Part shown: positions 58,256-64,000 of the stretch, piece after piece
Layout of the letters: each line of letters opens with the position of its first letter
How positions within the stretch are numbered: the first letter of the stretch is position 1
DNA from: Candidatus Latescibacterota bacterium
GTDB lineage: Bacteria > Latescibacterota > UBA2968 > UBA8231
DNA: 64,000 nucleotides
Direction: 5' to 3'
Assembly (NCBI GenBank): GCA_965261395.1
Contig: OZ253462.1
Location: 672,001-736,000, forward strand
Notes under the pieces: model-generated
Told to the model about the DNA's origin: nothing
Database searches by the model: none
What the model saw: only the letters and a program-made list of their open reading frames with translations
Translations under genes and position numbers: made by a program

Positions 58256-59210
58256 TTGACCTCTGCATTTTTAAAGGAATAGTTATATTCATTTATATGC
58301 GACCTAAAGGTAGTGCCGATCGGCTGGAATATCGTCGTCAATGGGCGGCTCAGTTGCTTGATGAAGGCAAAGGCGTCAACGAAGTAGCTCGTCTGGTCCA
58401 AGTCTCCCCCTCCTCGGTGTCTCGTTGGAAGGCGATGAAAGCGCAAGCCGGCGAGGCGGGGCTCAAAGCCAAACCGCATCCGGGGCGGGGCTGTCAGTTG
58501 AGCCCCCAAGACCAGGATCAGTTGAAGCAGCTTCTGCTTCAGGGCCCTCAGGCGGCTGGCTTTGATACGGCGCTGTGGACCTGTGGGCGTGTAGCGCAGG
58601 TCATTGCACAGACGTTTGGGGGGTCCTATCATCCCGATCATGTAGGTCGTCTGCTGCATGGGTTGGGTTTTTCGTGCCAGTATCCCCAGCAACGCGCCCG
58701 GGAACGGGACGAGGAAGCCATCCGTCAATGGCGCTTGGTCGAGTGGCCACGGATTAAAAAAAAGCCCGACAAAAGGGGGTGACCATCGCCTGGATCGATC
58801 AGAGCGGCTTTATGTTGCAACCCACCCGTCGCCGAACAGGGGCTTTGCGGGGGATGTGGGGTCCTTTGTCGGTCATCTGCTGCGTATGATACGGCGCAAG
58901 GTCGTGCTCATTTTGGATCGGTGGAGTGTGCATCGCGCCGCGGTGGCGATCTTGCAGAAAAGGTATCCGGATCGACTCACCATCGAATGGTTACCCGCCT
59001 ATGCACCCGAATTGAATCCGACTGAACAGGTCTGGAATCATACCAAGTATGGCGATCTAGCCAACTTCATTCCAGACCACATCGAGGACTTAGCAGATGC
59101 GGTCTGCATGTCGATCACCGCCCAGCATCATGATAACAACCTGATTCGAGGCTTCTTCAAGTATGCACAACTTGAACTGTAAAACATTCCTTTATATTTG
59201 CAGTCCTCAA
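58256..59210 (+). mobile_element. IS630-family insertion sequence, internally deleted
   Basis: Imperfect TIRs (TTGACCTCTGCATTTTTAAAGGAAT vs reverse complement TTGAGGACTGCAAATATAAAGGAAT) flanked by TA at 58254-58255 and 59211-59212. HTH ORF from ATG 58297, A8G slippery run at 58756-58764, LPAYAPELNPTEQVW. Confidence 0.9.
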
Positions 59211-59270
59211 TAATAGGCCAAGTTAAGCTGTGATCGGGTTACGACCTAAGCGCGGTTTGCAAACGGTGCC

Positions 59271-60242
59271 TTAAGCGCAGACGGCCGCGTCGGCGCTCCA
59301 GCGGTTGAAGGGGGTGTGCGCCTCTTGCGCCAGCCGGTCGCGGGTGTCGCGCCAGAGCTTTTCCCACGCCACTGGATCGCGCAGGACGCTTTCTGGGTTG
59401 GCTCTACTGCGGGCGACAAAGCCGGGAAAGATATCGCGACCGGTGGTTTGGCCGACGGGATTGTAGCGCAGGTCGAAGCTCCAGCGCACGTCGTCGCTGT
59501 GGTTGGACAGCGAGCCGTGGATGGTGTGGCGGGTGAGGAAGAGCACGTCGCCGGGCTGCATCGGTACCGGTATAGCCGATTCCATATCCATAAGTTGTTC
59601 GGGGATGCGCAGGCCGCTGGGATGGCCGGGGCAGTGGGTGTGCAGGCCCGAGCGATGGCTTTTGGGCATAATCTGCAGACAGCCGTTTTCGAGCGTCGCC
59701 TCATTGAGCGGAAACCACACCGTCAACACCTTGGACGCATCGGCTTCGGGCAGAACCACGCCGCTATCCTGGTGCCAGTTGGTGGCGCTGACCAGCGCTT
59801 GGCCGTTGTGGTCTTTGGGCACTAGGTGCTCGGGCGGCTTGAGGCGCACGTGCTGGACGGGATTGGACCAGATCTCGGGACCGACGATCGACTCGGCCAC
59901 GTCGAGCAGAGTGGGGTCGGTAATGCAGCGGAAGACGGCCGGTCCGGCCCAGAAGGGGGTGTCGGCCTCAATGCCCGTCTGGGGCAAGGAGAAGTCGAAG
60001 TACTGGGCGTGGATCTGGCCGCTCTCGACGACTATTTGCGTCAGGCGCTTGCCAAAGGGCAGGTCGTCGTACGTGGATGCGATCTGGCCGGCTTGGTAGA
60101 GCTCACGAGCTAGGTTGTCGAGGACGCCGTGGTATTCGTCGATAATGGGTTGGATGACCTTCTCGACGTCGAGCATCCCCCTCACTAGTAGATAGCCTTC
60201 TTCGTCAAAGTGTGTGAGTTGTTCGTCCGTCAAGCATGGCAT
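59271..60242 (-). CDS. PhyH family protein
   Basis: HFDEEGYL, WHQD, ENGCLQIMPKSH, PGDVLFL...IHGS, RWS.DLRY. Confidence 0.9.
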   Translation of the reverse strand: MPCLTDEQLTHFDEEGYLLVRGMLDVEKVIQPIIDEYHGVLDNLARELYQAGQIASTYDDLPFGKRLTQIVVESGQIHAQYFDFSLPQTGIEADTPFWAGPAVFRCITDPTLLDVAESIVGPEIWSNPVQHVRLKPPEHLVPKDHNGQALVSATNWHQDSGVVLPEADASKVLTVWFPLNEATLENGCLQIMPKSHRSGLHTHCPGHPSGLRIPEQLMDMESAIPVPMQPGDVLFLTRHTIHGSLSNHSDDVRWSFDLRYNPVGQTTGRDIFPGFVARSRANPESVLRDPVAWEKLWRDTRDRLAQEAHTPFNRWSADAAVCA

Positions 60243-60350
60243 ATGCTTTCCTCCGTGGGTTGCAGAATCCAATCTGCGCTTGAATATAGCGCGATATGGT
60301 CCGTTTGCGAATAGCTGAAAGGAGGAGCGACGCTCCGTTGTCGCGTCGCA

Positions 60351-61280
60351 ATGTCTATGGAGTTTCCCAAACTCGACGACGCCCTGCGCCTTGAGCGCTT
60401 GAAGCCGCCGACAGGCAAGGTGCGGATGGTGCTCGACACCGATACGTACAACGAGATCGACGATCAGTTCGCAGTGGTCCAGACGCTGCTCTCGCCCGAC
60501 CAGCTCGCAGTCGAGGCGATCTACGCGGCACCTTTCTATAACAGTCGTTCGTCCGGGCCGGGCGACGGGATGGAGAAAAGCTACGAGGAAATCCTGCGGC
60601 TATTGGAGCGTTTGGATATTGCGCCGGAAGGATTGGTGTTCCGGGGAGCGACGGATGTGCTGCGGGACGGCGCACCGCAGAAAAGCGCAGCGGTCGATGA
60701 CCTGATCGCCAAGGCCCAAACCGCCGACCCGCTCTACGTGGTGGCCATCGGCGCGCTCACCAACGTGGCTTCGGCTATGCTGCAAGATCCTTCCATAATC
60801 GAGCGAATCGTCGTGGTCTGGCTCGGCGGCCACGCGCACTACTGGCCGACGGCTAACGAATTCAACCTCCAAGGCGATCTCGTAGCATCGCAAGTAGTCT
60901 TCGACAGCGGCGTGCCCTTAGTCCAGATCCCATGCCACCCGGTGGCCTCGCACCTGCTGACGACGCTGGCGGAGCTGGAGCGCTTCGTCAAGGGGCGAGG
61001 GGCGATAGGCGACTATCTGGTCGAGATCTTCGCCGCCTATTCCCAAAACCACTTCGCCGCTTCCAAGGTGATCTGGGACATGTCGGCGGTCGCTTGGCTG
61101 CTCGACGCATCGTGGGTGCCGACCGACGTGGTGCATAGCCCGGTATTGACCGAGCAGAAGACTTGGAGCCACGATCCGTCGCGGCACTTTATCCGGGTGG
61201 CGCAGACGGTGCGGCGCGATGCGATTTTCGGGGATTTCTTCGAGAAACTGGAGAGGTGGGTGGGGAAGCTCGAAGCATAG
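60351..61280 (+). CDS. Inosine-uridine preferring nucleoside hydrolase family protein
   Basis: LDTDTYNEIDDQFA, AIGALTNVA, EFN, IWD. Confidence 0.9.
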   Translation: MSMEFPKLDDALRLERLKPPTGKVRMVLDTDTYNEIDDQFAVVQTLLSPDQLAVEAIYAAPFYNSRSSGPGDGMEKSYEEILRLLERLDIAPEGLVFRGATDVLRDGAPQKSAAVDDLIAKAQTADPLYVVAIGALTNVASAMLQDPSIIERIVVVWLGGHAHYWPTANEFNLQGDLVASQVVFDSGVPLVQIPCHPVASHLLTTLAELERFVKGRGAIGDYLVEIFAAYSQNHFAASKVIWDMSAVAWLLDASWVPTDVVHSPVLTEQKTWSHDPSRHFIRVAQTVRRDAIFGDFFEKLERWVGKLEA

Positions 61281-61333
61281 AAGGGCAATGGTCAATCATT
61301 GCGCCGGAGCTAGTCGATTAGTAGCATACTTCC

Positions 61334-63832
61334 ATGGCCACCGTCGTCCTCACCGAAAAGCCCAGTGTGGCGCGCGATATTGCCCGGGTCCTAGGGGCCA
61401 ACAAGCGCGGCCAAGGCTATGTCGAAGGCAGCGGCTATATCGTCACCTGGGCACTAGGGCACCTCGTGCAATTCGCCGAGCCAGACGATTACGGCCCGCC
61501 TTGGAACAGCCGCTGGTCCTTTGCCCAGCTACCGATGATCCCCGAGCAGTGGAAGCTCAAGACGACGCGCTCGACCTCCGACCAGTACCAAATCGTCAAA
61601 AAATTGCTCAACAGCCCGCAGACGGAGCGCGTCATCTGTGCTACGGACGCCGGGCGCGAGGGCGAGCACATCTTTCGCCTGATCTACGAACATGCCCGCT
61701 GCAAAAAGCCGTTTAGCAGGCTGTGGGTTTCGAGCCTGACCGACGAGGCAATTCAGGGCGGCTTCCGCGCCTTGCAGGAGGGAGCGGCCTTCGATCCTCT
61801 CGCTGCGGCCGCACGGGCGCGCGGCCAAGCCGACTGGATAATGGGCATGAACCTGACCCGCGCCTATACCGTCCACAACAAGGTGCTCTGCACCATCGGC
61901 CGAGTGCAGACGCCGACCCTGTCCTTGGTAGTCAAGCGCGATGCGGCAATTGCCAGTTTTGTAAAGGCGTACTTTTATGAGTTGGTGGCGCAGTTAGAAG
62001 AGGGCTTTGCCGTCAAGTACTGCAAGGATGGCCAGACGCGCATCGACAAGAAGGAGGAAGCCGATCGCCTGCATCGCCAGCTCAGCCCCAACAAGGTCGG
62101 CACCGTCCGCAAAGTTGAGAAGAAAGTCAAAAAAAATCGGCCACCCGCCCTCTACGACCTCAACAACCTCCAGCGCGACGCCAACCGCTACTTTGGCTTT
62201 ACCGCGGCGCAAACCCTCGAACGCGCCCAAGCCCTGTACGAAACCCACAAGCTCATCACCTACCCGCGCACCGAGAGCCGTCACATCTCCGAGGACATGG
62301 TGCCCAAGCTGCCTGGCATCTTGGAAAAGCTAGCGCACCCTCAGGCAGCGGCTGCACTGGCGCGCCTGCGCGGCGGGCACCGGCTCGGCAAGGCGTATGT
62401 CGATCGCACCAAACTCACCGATCACCACGCCATTATTCCCACCGGGCAGCAGCCCGCCCCCAATCTCGCACCGGACCTACAAAAGGTGTACGACTTGGTG
62501 GTGGCGCGCTTTGTCGGCATTTTCCTGTCCGACCAAGTGGTCGAGGAGACGACCGTCTTGCTCGACATCGGCGGTGCCGACTTTGTGGCCAAAGGCTCTG
62601 TCGTCTTAGAGGCAGGTTGGACGGTGGTCGCCATGCGGCCTCCAAACGCTGCAAAGGGCAAAGAGAAAGACGACGACCACCAGCGACAGGTGCTCCCGCC
62701 GTTGCAACAAGGTCAGCAAGTTCACGTAACGCGCATGGATGTGGTCGAGAAAGAAACCCAGCCGCCCCGGCCGTACAACGACGCCACGCTGCTAGCGGCG
62801 ATGAAGAACGCCGGCCGCGAAATCGAGGACGATGAGTTGGCCGCGGCCATGAAGGAATCGGGGCTGGGCACGCCGGCCACGAGGGCCGAGACCATTGAGA
62901 AGTTGATCCGTACCGGCTATGTAGTCCGCGACCGCAAGGCGATCACCTCGACGGAGAAGGGCAAAGCACTGGTGGGTTTGGTGGCCGAACCGCTGCGTAG
63001 CCCGGAGTTAACGGCCGAATGGGAGCAGCAACTCAAGGAAGTCGAAGAAGGACAGCGGCCGGTGGCGGGTTTCTACGAAGGGATCGCCGACTTGGTGAAG
63101 ACGCTGGTGCCCAAGGTCCAGCAGGGGCCGGCGCTCTCGCCCGAGCAAGCGGCGCAGGCACAAGACAAGAAGACGGGGAAGGGGAAGGGCCGCGGCAAGG
63201 TGTTAGGGCCTTGTCCCAAGTGCAAAGAGGGCCAAGTAGTAGAAAACACCAAGGCGTATGGATGCAGCCGCTACCGGGAGGGCTGCAACCTGACTATCTG
63301 GAAGACGGTGGCACGCAAGAAACTGACCGAAAAGCAGGCGCAGTTGTTGATGGCCAACGGCCGCACTGAAAAGATGCAGGGCTTTATCTCCAAGGCCGGT
63401 AAGAAATTTGAAGCGCGGCTCAAATTCGACGATGAATTCAAGGTCGTCTTCGAGTTTGATGATCAGCCGCGGAATGGCTCCTCTAAGTCGGAACGACGCC
63501 CCTCAGTCCAAGAGGAGCCGCCAGCGGAGTCTACCCGACCCGCCGCCGACCCATCGGCCGCCCTCACCTGCCCCAAGTGCCAGCAGGGCCAAATAATCGA
63601 GGGCCAGCGCGGCTTTGGCTGCAATCGCTATCGCCAAGGGTGCGACTTTGTGGTGTGGAAGGAAATGGCGGGCAAGAAGCTAACGGAACGGCAGATACAG
63701 ACCTTGATCGCCAAAGGCAAAACCGGGATAATCAAGGGCTTCAAAAGCAAAAAGGGCAGCAAATTCGACGCGCGGTTGAAGCTCGGGCCGGAGTGCAAGG
63801 CTGCGTTTGATTTTCCCGCCGCTGCACGCTGA
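61334..63832 (+). CDS. topB: DNA topoisomerase III
   Basis: EKPSVA, DAGREGE, GRVQTPTL, ITYPRT (catalytic Y), DHHAIIP, GLGTPATRA; two C-terminal Zn-ribbon repeats. Confidence 0.95.
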   Translation: MATVVLTEKPSVARDIARVLGANKRGQGYVEGSGYIVTWALGHLVQFAEPDDYGPPWNSRWSFAQLPMIPEQWKLKTTRSTSDQYQIVKKLLNSPQTERVICATDAGREGEHIFRLIYEHARCKKPFSRLWVSSLTDEAIQGGFRALQEGAAFDPLAAAARARGQADWIMGMNLTRAYTVHNKVLCTIGRVQTPTLSLVVKRDAAIASFVKAYFYELVAQLEEGFAVKYCKDGQTRIDKKEEADRLHRQLSPNKVGTVRKVEKKVKKNRPPALYDLNNLQRDANRYFGFTAAQTLERAQALYETHKLITYPRTESRHISEDMVPKLPGILEKLAHPQAAAALARLRGGHRLGKAYVDRTKLTDHHAIIPTGQQPAPNLAPDLQKVYDLVVARFVGIFLSDQVVEETTVLLDIGGADFVAKGSVVLEAGWTVVAMRPPNAAKGKEKDDDHQRQVLPPLQQGQQVHVTRMDVVEKETQPPRPYNDATLLAAMKNAGREIEDDELAAAMKESGLGTPATRAETIEKLIRTGYVVRDRKAITSTEKGKALVGLVAEPLRSPELTAEWEQQLKEVEEGQRPVAGFYEGIADLVKTLVPKVQQGPALSPEQAAQAQDKKTGKGKGRGKVLGPCPKCKEGQVVENTKAYGCSRYREGCNLTIWKTVARKKLTEKQAQLLMANGRTEKMQGFISKAGKKFEARLKFDDEFKVVFEFDDQPRNGSSKSERRPSVQEEPPAESTRPAADPSAALTCPKCQQGQIIEGQRGFGCNRYRQGCDFVVWKEMAGKKLTERQIQTLIAKGKTGIIKGFKSKKGSKFDARLKLGPECKAAFDFPAAAR

Positions 63833-63833
63833 T

Positions 63834-64000
63834 ATGGCTCTCCAACGCTGCCCGTGGCTCGACCTCGACAAACCCGATTACGTCGCTTACCACGACCGCG
63901 AGTGGGGTGTCCCGGTCCACGATGACCGCAAGCACTTCGAGTTTCTCACCCTCGAATCCGCTCAAGCCGGCCTCAGTTGGTACACCGTCCTCCGCAAGCG
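63834..64000 (+). CDS. tag: DNA-3-methyladenine glycosylase I (partial, runs off the window)
   Basis: Manual translation: MALQRCPWL...YVAYHDREWGVPVHDDRKHFEFLTLESAQAGLSWYTVLRK. Confidence 0.95.
   Translation, partial: MALQRCPWLDLDKPDYVAYHDREWGVPVHDDRKHFEFLTLESAQAGLSWYTVLRK

Overview
High-GC bacterial chromosomal segment with about 55 genes. The gene mix (seven PhyH-family dioxygenases, Gfo/Idh/MocA oxidoreductases, sugar isomerases, a FlgD-Ig-tailed secreted protein, DUF4159) suggests a Latescibacterota/Poribacteria-like organism; this is inference only. Core genes include hrpA, an nfeD-nfeD-floA-yqfB-like operon, tRNA-Leu(CAA), a frameshifted cdaA-cdaR fusion, a probable rpoZ, topB and tag. 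Two visibly lower-GC accessory islands are present. The first (37.7-40.3 kb) holds two tandem HEPN proteins. The second (52.5-59.2 kb) holds a HisG-HisE-like fusion, a histidine phosphatase, a DUF4160/DUF2442 pair, broken DUF2441 and DUF2971 genes, a glycine-zipper protein and a degenerate IS630. The most striking element is a 957-aa ORF at 46002-48875 (-) that reads as a miniaturised single-chain fusion of RNA polymerase beta and beta-prime core motifs. It keeps DFDGD but lacks the flap, Zn finger and trigger loop, has a frameshifted 5' end, and is preceded by a structured leader with a uORF. All family calls are by motif recognition; no searches were run.
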